Of a stretch of 64,000 nucleotides of DNA, positions 36,701 to 49,762 are shown piece after piece. The translations under genes were made by a program, and so were the position numbers. The number at the start of each line of letters is the position of its first letter. Positions within the stretch are counted from its first letter, which is position 1. The stretch covers positions 54,498,001 to 54,562,000 of the forward strand of contig NC_043008.1 of NCBI RefSeq assembly GCF_006345805.1, written 5' to 3'. Below the pieces are notes generated by a model. That model searched no databases. It was not told the DNA's origin and saw only the letters and a program-made list of their open reading frames with translations. This DNA comes from Octopus sinensis. Lineage: Eukaryota.

Positions 36701-36984
36701 TTTCATTCAATTTGCCATCAAGGCATCACAGAGAAGTAGTAGCTGCAGGCTGGACAATAACATTAATGAGATGAACGATGAAAAAAAATGGTATTAATGA
36801 AGGAAGGCAGACGACGCCTGCCAATTGCTGCTTCTCTAAAACATTGTTCTTTTACAAAACACACAATTTGAGGTAATAAACTTCTTACTAATGTTCCATT
36901 GGACACAAGGTCCTTACAATGAAGCATTAAGCCTCTTACCAAAAATAACACAATGTCCTCATAAATGAGGCATTAGTTCAGGTT

Positions 36985-37865
36985 CAACTTAAACCACTCT
37001 TGCATGGCCTTGGCCGTGCAGGCCGGGGCACTGTCCTACTGAAAGACATAGCTTGTCTTCTTCATGATCTTTCTCACCCAGAGTAGGACTTTTGTGGTCA
37101 AGATGTCCCTCTAGTCAGCCATAGTAAGCCTGTAACCAGCAGCAAACCACACTGGTGGCATCTCCTTGCCATTCAAAGCCATGACACCAAGCATCATCAC
37201 AGAGGCTGGGTGCTTGGTCGTGGATGCATATCAGACCTCAAAGACATCCTGGCTAAAGCTGACCATATGGTCATTCTGCTTGTTGACAACCAGATCAACT
37301 GTGAAGGTTTTTTCATTAGAAAAAAATGAGAATTCAATTGCCATGATACTTCAAGTTGTTGAAATGGCAATAACTGCACTCTCACCATTGTTCTCACATA
37401 GAATTGGTGACCAGAGGCCTTTCCATGCACCTCAAGCTCTTGACGGCCCTGGACACCGTGGCCACCAAGATGTTGTTGGTCTTCACGAACACAGTCATTT
37501 TGAACTTTGGATCTCTTTCAAAAACCTTTCTCACAACCAAATGATTAACAACTTGAGGTCTGCCCGATCGAGGTCAATCTTTGTGGTCTTTCCTGTCCTT
37601 GAGCCACTCTGCAACTCTGTGGACAGTCTTCCGGCTGATGTTGAGCTGCTTAGCGATGTCAGACTTGTTGTGGCCCACAGCAGAGCAGAGATCTCAATTC
37701 TTTTTGGTTCCATCTCAATACACCTGCATACAATGGAAAATATGTTTTAATGATATCTGCTGGAGAAGTAGAATTTTCAGTATATTTGACGAAACTTTTT
37801 CTATTACACACGTAAATTTCTTGAAAGATCAAAACGAAGTGTAACAGGACTTTTGCAAATCCCAG
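36985..37865 (-). mobile_element. Decayed Tc1/mariner (maT-like) transposase copy, 5' about two-thirds
   Basis: Joined frames give MEPKRIEISALL, IAKQLNISRKTVHRV, RSGRP, IFSNEKTFTVD..NKQND, TKHPASVMMLGV..NG..MPPVWF and YVFQ*DSAPA. TA-flanked end ctgggatttgcaaaagtcc at 37865. Confidence 0.75.
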
Positions 37866-38179
37866 TATATGTATGTATGCATTTAAACTGATGTAATGAT
37901 TGCATTGTTCAATTAAATCGAGTTGCTTGAAACGTTTGTACTGCATCACTACTTGATATCATCTTACTTATATATATATATCACCGTGATCACCGTGACT
38001 GACCAGGCTATCAGATGTTGCTACACGTCGCTGGTCACAATGCGCTTTGCATTGTTTTACCCTTCAAATGACACCACCCTGCTGGCTAAGCGAGCAGGCC
38101 AATATGTGTGTGTGTGTATGTATTATGTATATATATATACGTGTATGTGTGTGTATTATGTATATATATATATATATAC

Positions 38180-38235
<56 letters not shown>

Positions 38236-38350
38236 CTTATATATATATATACATACATATATATATATACATATGTATGTTGTGTGTGTGAGTATATATG
38301 TATGTTATATATATATAATATACATTTTTCTCTCTAAATACACAAATACA

Positions 38351-38382
<32 letters not shown>

Positions 38383-38659
38383 TACACACCCGATGTATTG
38401 TCTTTATTATCATCTTAAAACATGACCAGTTCTTACGACTAAGGAGTTCTCTGCAGAGAGGAGAGAGTCATAACAGCTGACTATGTTGTAAAAAGATAAT
38501 AAAAACACTATTTATATCTTTTTACTGGTAACATTAACTTAATTTTTATTGTGAAGTACGATGAACACCCAACAGGAATGTATATGTATGTATATGTCTG
38601 TATACGTGTATGTATAAGAGTGTGTGTGTGTATAACACATACATACATTTCTTGTCTAT

Positions 38660-39030
38660 GCCACACCACTCATGGACATCAACTCCAACTCGAGAGCAAA
38701 TTTCCCTCAAGGCTGTACAAGATGACATTGTACATCTTTATGGAGTTACAGAAAAAAAAATAGCACAAATACTTGCTGCTTGCACCAAGCAACCAAGTAC
38801 AACCTCTTTAAGTCCTGTGGTCAGGACTTAAAGTGGCTCTGCCATGTAGCAAGCTTGGTAAGTAGGACAGTGTTGTGGACACTCTGCAGGACTGAAAGTA
38901 AGACCTATCACAAAGGGTTGGTGTGCCAAAGCTCATTGAGCCATTAGTGATCCACACAAGTAGTATCTCATAAAAACACCCTGCATGTGGGCTGGCAAGC
39001 TATGCAGCTTGTCCAAGACCTTAGGCAAAA
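38660..39030 (+). mobile_element. Possible highly decayed Tc1-like 5' fragment
   Basis: DIVHLYGVTEKKIAQIL and LSQRVGVPKLI resemble paired HTH segments; weak. Confidence 0.3.
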
Positions 39031-39060
39031 AAGTCCAGTATATCTATGTGTGTGTATCTT

Positions 39061-39248
39061 CTTCTTTTACTTGTTTCAGACATTTGACTGCGGCCATGCT
39101 GGAGCACCACCTTTAGTCAAGCAAATCGACCCCGGGACTTATTCTTTGTAAGCCCAGTACTTATTCTATCGGTCTCTTTTGCCGAACCGCTAAGTGACGG
39201 GGACATAAACACACCAGCATAGGGGGACAAACACAGACACACAAACAT

Positions 39249-39280
<32 letters not shown>

Positions 39281-39472
39281 TATAATATATATATATATAT
39301 ATATACATATATACGGCAGGCTTCTTTCAGTTTCCGTCTACCAAATCCACTCACAAGGCTTTGGTCGGCCCGAGGCTATAGCAGAAGACACTTGCCCAAG
39401 ATGCCACGCAGTGGGACTGAACCCGGAACCATGTGGTTGGTTAGCAAGCTACTTACCACACACCCACTCCTG
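39061..39472 (-). mobile_element. SINE family A
   Basis: Near full-length. Confidence 0.85.
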
Positions 39473-39639
39473 TATATATATATATTCTGGAGTAAGCACA
39501 TAAATGTGAAACAAGGTGGAAAAAAGAGTACTCAAATACCAGAGGTAGAGCAACATGCTCTCGAGGCAGCAACATGCTTTATTTAAAAGCAGCAGAAATA
39601 TAACAAAAGCTTCTTTTAAATAAATTATATATATATATA

Positions 39640-39968
39640 TAGTCTGAGACCTCCTTCGGTCACGACACAGACCATGGGATTGCACCTAGAAAATTACCCT
39701 CACAGGCACAAGTCCGTGCAAGGTTGTTTATGGAAGACCAGCAATCGCCCATGCATGCCGGCCTCCTCCTCTCCATGCCACCAGTGTTATTCAAGGGAAA
39801 GGCAAAGGCCGATACAGCTTGGCACCTGTGACGTCGCAACTCATTTCTACAACTGAGTGAACTGGAGCAATGTGAAATAAAGTGTCTTGCTCAAGAACAC
39901 AACACGCAGCCCAGTCTGGGATTCGAGCTCACAACCTCACGATCGTAAGCTCGACGCTCTAACCACTA
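39640..39968 (-). mobile_element. tRNA-headed SINE (family F); older relative at 8238-8510
   Basis: Head agtggttagagcgtcgagcttacgatcgtgaggttgtgagctcgaatccc; shared ctggagcaatgt..aataaagt.tctt motif. Confidence 0.65.
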
Positions 39969-40189
39969 TATATATATATAGTATGACTGTCTCACTCTTT
40001 CTTTCAGCCCTTTCACACTTACTTCATTCTTTCCACTTTTCTTTTTCTTGCTCCCCCTCTCTCTCATTTCTTGGCCTTCCCTTCATTCTCATTTTCCCTC
40101 CTCTTTTACCTCACTCTATCCCTTTTCTTTTTTCCTTCTTTCTCATCCCTCCCTAATTCTTCTATCCCTCTGCTCCTACCTCTCTCCTC

Positions 40190-40668
40190 TTCTTCCACGT
40201 GACTAGTGTTCCACCAAGCCTGACCTTTCTTTCTTGGTTCGACTGCCATCTGTATAGCATCTCTTATATTCCTTCCCATGATCTTCACCCCTTATGTTCC
40301 TGCCGTATGGCTTCACTTCCTCACTCGCCAGCTTCATTTAATTCATCCTTAGTCGAAAGACACCTGTTGTTAATGTCCTGTTGTTTGTATTTGTAACTGT
40401 GTACCATTTCTCCATTTTTTTTCATCCTTATTTTCATATACATTTGCTTGCATTCTTCCAAGGAATCTAGTTCTCTTAGCTGAGATTTTCTTGGGGCCAG
40501 CCAAATTGGAGCAGTCTCAAGTGTAACCGGCCAAAACTGCTGAGATAATCTGGAACTCAACTGAGGATAGAAAGCTCCAAATGACCCATCCTTGTTTTTT
40601 CCTATCCATTTTTTGTTTTGTCTAACTGTCCAGATGCTTTGTTGTTGCCTGTTACGTTCTCGTTCCAT
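40190..40668 (-). mobile_element. Probable decayed RNase-H-containing retroelement fragment (I/Nimb/Ingi-like LINE)
   Basis: The 115-codon ORF (contains APIWL) is followed, after a frameshift, by EYKRCYTDGSRTKKERSGL, resembling the first RNase H catalytic motif YTDGS. Confidence 0.4.
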
Positions 40669-40690
40669 TTTTTGTTTTCTTTTATATATA

Positions 40691-41103
40691 CTCTCTCTTT
40701 TACTCTTTTACTTGTTTCAATCATTTTGACTGCCACCATGCTGGAGCACCGCATTTAGTCGAGCAAATCGACCCGAGGACTTATTCTTTGTAAGCCCAGT
40801 ACTTATTTTATCAGTCTCTTTGCCGACCGCTAAGTGACGGGGATGTAAACACACCAGCATCGGTTGTCAAGCATGCTAGGGGGACAAACACAGACACACA
40901 CGCCACACCACATATATATATATATATATATACATTATATGACAGGCTTCTTTCAGTTTCCGTCTACCAAATCCACTCACAAGGCATGGTGGCCCGGGGC
41001 TATAGCAGAAGACACTTGCCCAAGATGCCATGCAGTGGGACTGAACCTGGAACCATGTGGTTGGTTAGCAAGCAGCTACTTACCACACAGCCACTCCTGC
41101 GCC
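40691..41103 (-). mobile_element. SINE family A
   Basis: Full-length with head tcctgcgcc. Confidence 0.85.
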
Positions 41104-41104
41104 A

Positions 41105-41140
<36 letters not shown>

Positions 41141-42030
41141 TGGAGTTTATGATCCCATCATGTAAATTTCTAAAATTGAATTTTTAAAAAAATTTTTGAT
41201 TCTAAAAACAATAATCCTTTCCATTTTCTTGTGCCGTTACCAATTTTTAATAAGAAATATTTAATTTAAATATTTTAATTTAGTGAAAATGCTTGAAAAA
41301 ATTGACAAAACACAATAAAATTCAGTCATATTAAATTGATAGCATTAGAATATTTAATGTGAAATATATATTTGGTAAATATTTTGCTGAAAATTAGTGA
41401 GTTAATTTACCATTAACTTGGCTTAAATTACCATTCTCTTCAATATTACCATGGCTTAAATTACCATTCTCTTCTATATTCAGTTCTCTAATAACTCTTT
41501 AGCATTCACATTACTCTGTCAGATATAATGCTTACTTATTCACATTGTTTTGAATTAATCATGCGTTTTAAGTACCGGTGTAGCTGTGTGGTAAGAAGTT
41601 TACTACCAACCACATAGTTCTGGGTTCAGTCCTACAGCGCGGCACCTTGGACAAGTGTCTTCTACTATAGGGTCAGCTGACTAAATCCTTGTGAGTGGAT
41701 TTGGTAGAACATGATTCTCCTGATTTGACGATATGAGTATCTATACTAGCGGTTCTCATTCATTTTACTAGTGACCCCTTTTATTCTAATTTTACTCTAT
41801 TAGATCCTCATAACCATTTCTATGTTTTAAAAAATCTTATTATATTTTTATAATCAAATATTAATTAGCTATTGTATTCAAAAATTGTTAAAGTATTTTA
41901 TGCATTTTAGAAGTATGACCTTTTTATTGGTCATAAATTTTAACAACAAAATCTTATATGGACCATGTTCTACTGTGTTAGCAGTGCTAAATCATGAATC
42001 CAGATAAAAACAAAGTCACAGGAAAAAATT

Positions 42031-42449
42031 CACATGGTTCCGGGTTCATTCCCACTGCATGGAACCTTGGGCAAGTGTCTTCTACTATAGCCTTGGGCTG
42101 ACCAAAGCCTTGGGAGTGGATTTGGTAGACGGAAACTGAAAGAAGCCCATCGTGTATATATATATATTATATATATATATATATATATAATATATATATA
42201 TATAAATATATGTATATATGTATGTATGTGTGTGTATGTTTGTATGTCTGTGTCTGTCCCCAATATCACTTGACAATCGATGGTGGTGTGTTTGTGTCCC
42301 TGTAACTTAGCGGTTCGGCAAAAAGAGACCGATAGAATAAGTACTAGGCTTCCAAAGAATAAGTCCTTGGGTCATTTTGCTCGACTAAAGGCGGTGCTCC
42401 AGCATGGCCGCAGTCAAATGACTGAAACAAGTAAAAGAGTAAAAGAGTA
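42031..42449 (+). mobile_element. SINE family A, slightly 5'-truncated
   Basis: cacatggttccgggttc...agtaaaagagtaaaagagta. Confidence 0.85.
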
Positions 42450-43130
42450 GTGGTTTTGTCTGGGGGTTGTCCAAGAGGGTTTTGTGCTAGGGGAGTATTG
42501 TCCGAATACCATTAATTTCTTGTGACTTTTTTCCTAGTCAAAATTTTGGCTTTATTATCGGTCAGCTAAATAAGTGAATTGTTAAGGTTATCTCTAAGAA
42601 GTAATCGTTAGGGGAGATCAAAATGCTTTGCAGAAGTTAGTTACAATGCTTTATATACTGTGCGCAAATACCACTCCCGTTCTTTACATCCAAGTTCAAA
42701 TCCTGCCGAGGTCAAATTTACCGCTCATCCTTCATTTTTTGCAAGGAGAACGATAAAATAGAATACCAGTCGACTACTGGATCAATTTGATTGACTAATC
42801 TAATGACCTAATGTCCCAAGTTAGTAGTAGTAGTAGTAGAAGTAGTAGTGATGCTGCTAGTGGTTGTAGTAGTACTAGTAGTAGTTGTAAGATAAACTAA
42901 ATTTCTCTCACGGCACATGTCAAATACATAAAGTACATTATATATAAATTCTTTTAATTTTCAAGCGGAACATAGAAATACCGAGGGTGGGGGGAGTGGA
43001 ATTTGAAAAAAAAAAGAAACGAAATAATTTGATATTTAAAAAATATCATTAAAGGGAACTTTTCCCCATAATTACCAGAAATGAATTTTGATTAATACTT
43101 GACTGTCCTGATATATACACACATATGCGT

Positions 43131-43179
<49 letters not shown>

Positions 43180-43453
43180 ATATATATGTATGTGTGTGTG
43201 TATATATATGTATATATATATGCTTGCTTATATCGTTCTATACAGACACACACATATTTATGTAAATATATTTACATAAGATATAGATGTATCCATATTT
43301 ATGCAATATATATATATATATGTGTGTGTGTGTGTATGTGTATGTGATATATATATATATATACATATATATACACACACTTAAACATATATGTTAATCC
43401 ACATATATATATATATACATAATAATAATTTTGTATACACATTCATATGTATG

Positions 43454-43484
<31 letters not shown>

Positions 43485-43543
43485 GCGTGTGTGTGTCTGT
43501 GTGTGTGTCCATACATCTATGTATACATGCATACATTATATGC

Positions 43544-43594
<51 letters not shown>

Positions 43595-44068
43595 TATTTA
43601 TACATACACACACCCATATGTAATCAAAATTAACATATAATAATATAAAAAGCACATGCAAGCAAGCAAGCAGCCGTTTGATTGATTGTCACAGTTGTAG
43701 CCCAGTTTAAACGGTGATCTCCATTGACCTGGCGTTTCCATAAAGGCAGACGATAAGACGCCAATGCAAATGGCTATTGAATGACTACAATCAATTTTGA
43801 GGCCTTTTCTCACCTGTATCATGTAAAATAAAAGAATATAATATCCCTAATTCTCTGGTTTGAATTAGAGAGAAATTACTATGAAAAATGGTTTTGTTTG
43901 GTGTTGAAATTCATTCAATAATCTCTTCACAAGTATGTGAATATTAATCGTAATAATGTTTATCGTCTGAATAAACATTTTTATGTCGTTTGTACAGAAT
44001 TACATTTTAATTTTTTTTTTTATCTGATTTGAACGGGCTTGTCTGGAAGTACGTTTATATTTGGATTA

Positions 44069-44121
<53 letters not shown>

Positions 44122-44145
44122 TAGATATGCATAAATATTGTCCCC

Positions 44146-44195
<50 letters not shown>

Positions 44196-44304
44196 TATAT
44201 ATATATATATTATATATATATATTATATATACAGATATATATACACACTTGGGAATGGATGTGTCGCGTTAAATAAATAAGTAATAAATAATATATATAA
44301 TATA

Positions 44305-45129
44305 CTAGCAGAATTGCCGGCGTTGCTCGGGGCTGAATTACTTGAAAGTACTGTTAATGATTGCACTGAATGATGATGATTTTCAGGCAAATATTGATAT
44401 AAGTTTACGCTGGGAGATAAGGACTTAACGATCAAACGTGTGCCATTGCATTGTTTTGGGGGAACCAAATTTCTGATGAGCATTATAGGGGCACCAACTT
44501 TAAGTTTGAGAATGTGTGGTGGTAGTCCGGGGTGCTCAAAGGAATTGAGTACCTCTATTGGATAGTTGATGACGTCCTCTGGGTCAGGAGTTGTATCGAT
44601 AGACTGATATACATAGACTTCCCCAGGAATGAGTTTTAGCATTTCATCATTAATATGGTGAACAGTTTTATTCCTCGGGGCCAGTATAGCCTTTTTGCCA
44701 ATCCATATTCTGATAATTAGCTTGTAGATCTTGGAACACTGCATCAGAAGGCGTCTTAACAATGGTACAAATGGAATCGATGGCAATATTACCATTTTCA
44801 TTCCCCTGGTATTTTGCCTTCGCCAAGTGCAATGAGGGTGTGAGGAAATGCTGCTGATGTGATATTACGTCGCATATGAGCACGCATATTGGTGTGAAGT
44901 TTGAGAGTACTTCCCTTATTTTAAAAAATGCATTAAAAGGGAAAAAATGATGGTAAATTATTTGTAAAATCGTAGACTCATCGTAGACGCGCGCTATTAC
45001 CCAGAAGGGCTCGATATGAATCACGACTATAAGATACTCGGTTTTGGTTAAACTGCATCGCAAAATGTGGGAGTAGTTAGGAATCTAAATCGGAGTAGAC
45101 AGACACACAACCTTTCTTTTATATAAAGA
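44305..45129 (-). mobile_element. Helitron deletion derivative carrying a PIF1-type helicase fragment
   Basis: A|TC start at 45129; hairpin ccgagcaacgccgg and CTAG|T end at 44305. ORF AILAPRN.TV..IN.EML..IPGE...Y.SID...YPIEVLNS....GLPPH.LKLKVGAPIMLIRNL.PPK.CNGTRLIV is a Helitron helicase motif. The first about 190 bp are shared with 19313-19817. Confidence 0.88.
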
Positions 45130-45780
45130 TTTTCGTCCTAAAAAACTTTGTATGAGTGAATGTTACCTCTATGGAAATATATACACACACATTATACATA
45201 CATGTGTGCATAGATGAATATATAAATACATTTAAATATCTATATACACTTGGACGATCTTTCTGCTTCTTAGAGATAACTTTAGATGTTATTTTCGTCC
45301 TAAAAAACTTTGTGCGGAGTGAATGGTTACCTCTATGGAAATATATACACACACATTATACATACATGTGTGCATAGATGAATATATAATACATTTAAAT
45401 ATCTATATACACTTTTGGGCGATCTGCTCTTAGAGATAACTTTAGATCTTATATTCGTCCTAAATAACTTTGTATGGAGTGAATGGTTACCTCTATGGAA
45501 ATATATACACACACATTATACATACATGTGTGTGTCTATATACACTTTTGGGCGACTGCTACTTAGAGATAATTTAGATGTTATTTTCGTCCTAAAAAAC
45601 TTTGTGCGGAGTGAATGGTTACCTGTATGGAAATATATACACACACGTTATACATACATTTGTGTATAGATGAATATATAAATACATTTAAATATCTATA
45701 TACACTTTTGGGCGATCTTTCTGCTTCTTAGAGATAACTTTAGATGTTATATTCGTCCTAAATAACTTTGTATGAATTGA
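45130..45780. repeat. Tandem array of about 130-165-bp units (about 4 copies)
   Basis: ttcgtcctaaa recurs at about 45131, 45293, 45454, 45585 and 45752. Confidence 0.85.
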
Positions 45781-46059
45781 AAAGTAATGAATTGAAATTC
45801 TAAAGAAAGGAATTGTTTACATACATGTGTAAAATGGCAAATGTTTGTGCAGTTGTCCGATGGAACTGATGTATTATAATGAATAGTCCTTCTTCTTGTG
45901 AATATTAATTTGATTAATATGAACTGAAAACCAGTGGTGTAGCATAGGTGATCTTCTAGCAAAAAGGATGACCAGTCTGAATGGGTCGTCCCTGTCACAC
46001 ACACACACACACACACACACGCACGCACCCTCACACACACGCACACACACACACACACA

Positions 46060-46092
<33 letters not shown>

Positions 46093-46660
46093 TAGTTTAC
46101 AATGTCTGTCAACAATTGACACTGTCGTATATATTAGCGTGTCTATGTGTCTAAAGAGGAAGTGGGAGAATAGGCAGAGTAAAGGCTTCAAAGTGAAATG
46201 TTAAATATTGAGTTTTCTCGAATTTTGTCTTATTGGGGGTGAAATTGAAAGAAATTTTGTATGGCATGAACCAATGAAAGTTCTTTGAAAAATCATAGGT
46301 AAAGTCTAATTGAAGAAATTGTGTGAGGGTAAATCATTATGTATTTATTTGTTTCTGTTTGCTGCTTTCTTTTTAAATATTACATCTAGTTTCACTTTAT
46401 TCGTTGCACACTGTGTGTGTACGTTGCGTGTGCTGTAAACCAGACTAAGAAAAGCATTTGACATACACACCAGAATGTGAGTTTTCTGTAAATTGTGCTT
46501 AATTGGAGTTTAAATTTTAAAAACTGGACCTGGCATGACCCGATGCATTCTACTCTTAGAAAATGCTGCTAGTGGTAAATGTAATTGAAGAAATCCTATA
46601 TTGTAGATTTCTATAAGTTACAAAGGGAGGCAGATAAAATCTGCCTTTTATAATAAGAGA
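45130..46660 (-). mobile_element. Helitron-like 5' segment with internal tandem array, abutting the helicase-bearing Helitron
   Basis: A|TCTCTTATTATAAAA start at 46660 followed by the hairpin ggcagat-ttt-atctgcc; no separate CTAG end found. Confidence 0.45.
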
Positions 46661-46669
46661 TATATATCC

Positions 46670-46718
<49 letters not shown>

Positions 46719-46753
46719 TATACACATACATATATACATGCATATATGAGTAC

Positions 46754-46996
46754 AGGACGTCACCAACGGTGCAAATAACATGAAATACGTAAACAAACAA
46801 ACTAGGTGAAGGACCAGTTAACACAGAGAAAGGACCCTCCATTAATTGTCGGCTGTTTATATACTCCTAATGCTCGAAATGAGGCGTAGAAATGAGGCGT
46901 AGAAAGGCAGCTTTCTCTGTGTTAACATGTCCTATTTTCCATTTTTTTTCTTATTGTTTACGCATTTCATGTTATTTGCACCGTTGGTGACGTCCT
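46754..46996. repeat. Inverted-repeat element (43-bp outer arms plus 16-bp inner arms)
   Basis: aggacgtcaccaacggtgcaaataacatgaaa / tttcatgttatttgcaccgttggtgacgtcct; gttaacacagagaaag / ctttctctgtgttaac. A related single-orientation copy lies at about 48040-48200. Confidence 0.75.
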
Positions 46997-47089
46997 CTTT
47001 AGCATATACGCATGTATGTATGTGTGTGTGTATATATATATATGTATGCATGAAAAATGACTTGCAGTCAATATATGAATAGGTTGATG

Positions 47090-47892
47090 GGATCTTTTCC
47101 TTTTGAACGGCAGTTTGTAACATAATTCCTAGGTAACTAAAAAGTTTTAAACTTCGTATACTGGTAGAATGTGTTTATAAAGCATCATTTTCTCTTGGTT
47201 TTATTGAGAAAAATCTATAGTTTGTAAGATATTTCGTCTAAAAATCCGAGCATTTCGGCAATTTTAACCAATCGATTACCTCCATTGAACTAAAATCATT
47301 TGCTGCGTCTAAAACTGAGACAACATCCTGTCACTAACCCTCAACCTAACCCTAACCCTAATTTTTTTTTCTTCATTGTTAAATTAATTTAATTGTTACG
47401 CATGTAAAAAAAAAACGAAAGCAATGGAAAATAATTTAAACAATTAACAAACAAAATAATTCTATAATTTTATACACACGCTTTCCGTACGTATACGGAA
47501 AGCGTGTGTTCCGGAAAGCGTGTGTATAAAATTATAGAATTATTTTGTTTGTTAATTGTTTAAATTATTTTCCATTGCTTTCGTTTTTTTTTTACACGCG
47601 TAACAATTAAATTAATTTAACAATGAAGAAAAAAAATTAGGGTTAGGGTTAGGTTGAGGGTTAGTGACAGGATGTTGTCTCAGTTTTAGACGCAGCAAGT
47701 GATTTTAGCTCAAAAGAGAGCATAGGATTGGTTAAAATTCGAAAAATTAAACTACGTTAAACAAACAAATTACAATTTTCTCAAGAAAGCCAAGAGAAAA
47801 AAATGTTTTATTTTGACACATTCTATCAGTATACGAAGTTTTAAAGTGTTTAGTTAACTAGAAATTGTCTGCCGTTCAAAAGGAAAAGATCC
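47090..47892. mobile_element. 803-bp fold-back element with exact 8-bp TSD GGTTGATG (Merlin-like termini)
   Basis: GGTTGATG|ggatcttttcc ... ggaaaagatcc|GGTTGATG. The whole element is an inverted repeat, and the arms contain TTAGGG-like repeats. Confidence 0.85.
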
Positions 47893-49242
47893 GGTTGATG
47901 AAAATAATATGCAGTTCAATGTTGATAATTTTCAAGCATTCTGCAACCGGCCCACAAGCAGACTACAATCAGAATACATAGGACCAGGGGGCAAGGCAAT
48001 ATATATATATAAATATAAACTTGTGGGTATAATACATCACCAACTGTAAACAACATGAAGTTAGAAAAAGAATGAGTTAAATATGCAAACAATGAGTGAA
48101 AAATGGAAAACAGGACAAGTAACACAAAGAACGACCCTTCATTAGTTGTTGGCTGTCTATCTACTCCTCATTTCGAGCATTCAATGACAATATGAGTCTT
48201 CGATGAGAGTTGTTCCCATAACATGGTTTCTCATGGACAGAACAGAAAACACATATGTGACATGGCTTCTGCTGGAAGACAGCAAAAGGTCATAATACAT
48301 CAAGACCATCTGCAAAATAAGCTTCCTCTCTTCAGAGATCCGAACTCAACCGCACAACCCATCTCACTAAAGAATAACGGGAAAGGCTTCCCTTTTTAAA
48401 GCTGATGGTGGGCTCCAACGAATGGTCTGTCACATGATGGGATAATGGCCCACACAAAGCTAGAAGAACTTAACCATCATGTGATCAGGTCATGTGACCA
48501 CTTGTAGAAAACATAGCATACGAGCTGATATTTGAATATTTAAAGGCAGACAGGCAATGTGTGAATATACACTTGCTTCATACGATATTTACCACTTGCT
48601 TCTTACGATATAAGATGTGTATGTTTTATTGTTAAGTGTAACCAAAAATTATCCTGCAGCTAATGCAATATTATTACAGAAGGATGTCTAAGTAGCTGCA
48701 TAACTTTAATGATTATTTTTTTTTTGTTTGGTTATTTTAATCGGCCAGATCCATCTATCTTCAACCCATGAAAAATCTACAAATTGTTATTTGTATGTTT
48801 CCACAACAACTGGAAGCCATCTGGGGGTTAAGATTTGGGTTAAGGTTTAGGTTTCGGATTTAGGGCTAGGATTAAAGTTAGGGTTATGAATCATTAAAAT
48901 GTCATTATAAATGCTAAATTGTTATTTTTCTTCAATTTTCCTTTATTAAATATTTTGGTTAAATTTCTTCAAAACGCTGGAAGTATTTCAAATTTGCATT
49001 TGAACATTTTCAAAAAAAAAATGTAGTCTTGATGTACTTTTGATAGGTTTATGATGAAAATCACATTCATCTGTTATTTGGGGGTTTTTTTTTTGAGAAA
49101 TTAATAAAGTAACAAGCATTTAAAGTTATGTAATTTTAGCCAATTGGAAACTTCCATTAACAAAAATTACAGAACCGTGAATGTTTTTAAAAAAGAATTC
49201 AATTAAAGAAAATGTTTTTTTTTCACACCAGAGTAAGCATAA

Positions 49243-49276
<34 letters not shown>

Positions 49277-49286
49277 TTTTATAGTA

Positions 49287-49762
49287 CTGTAAATCCTTGA
49301 GTATAATCCGAATTTTTTCCCCAAAATTTAAAGGTCAAAATCCCTAGTGCGTACTATATACGAGGTTAAAAATAAAAATTATTTTCTAAGCGATGTCCGA
49401 GTCTCTATTTGCTGTCTGGTTATGTTTATTCAGCTGCATTTTGTGATGTCGGGTGTTGAAATACCTTAAGCTAAGCCTGAAAGCCATGAAGTCATAAAAG
49501 AATCATCTATAACTTGCAATAAGCAACATTTATTAAACGTTATTACTGTTATTTCTTTATTTTCTGCAACAAATGCACAAAAATGCTACACGTTTGCATT
49601 ATGTTATATATACAATAATAATAAAGGACGTTACCGTATACATTTTTACAAACCAAGGACCTTATATAGACGTCCTTGAGGTTTGGGTTTTTCAGAGGTA
49701 CAGCCTCCTAAAAATCCCCTGCGTATTTTACTCAAGGGCAGACTATACTTGAGGATTTACAC
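49287..49762. mobile_element. pogo/Tigger-like MITE
   Basis: TA|ctgtaaatccttgagtataatc at the left end and gactatacttgaggatttaca at the right end form imperfect inverted termini. Confidence 0.55.

Noticed and set aside
37166-37750. 194-aa plus-strand ORF
   Set aside because: It is the antisense frame of a decayed Tc1/mariner transposase.
43598-43822. 74-aa minus-strand ORF with an acceptor-like start
   Set aside because: It has no donor or homology, and it runs into a microsatellite.
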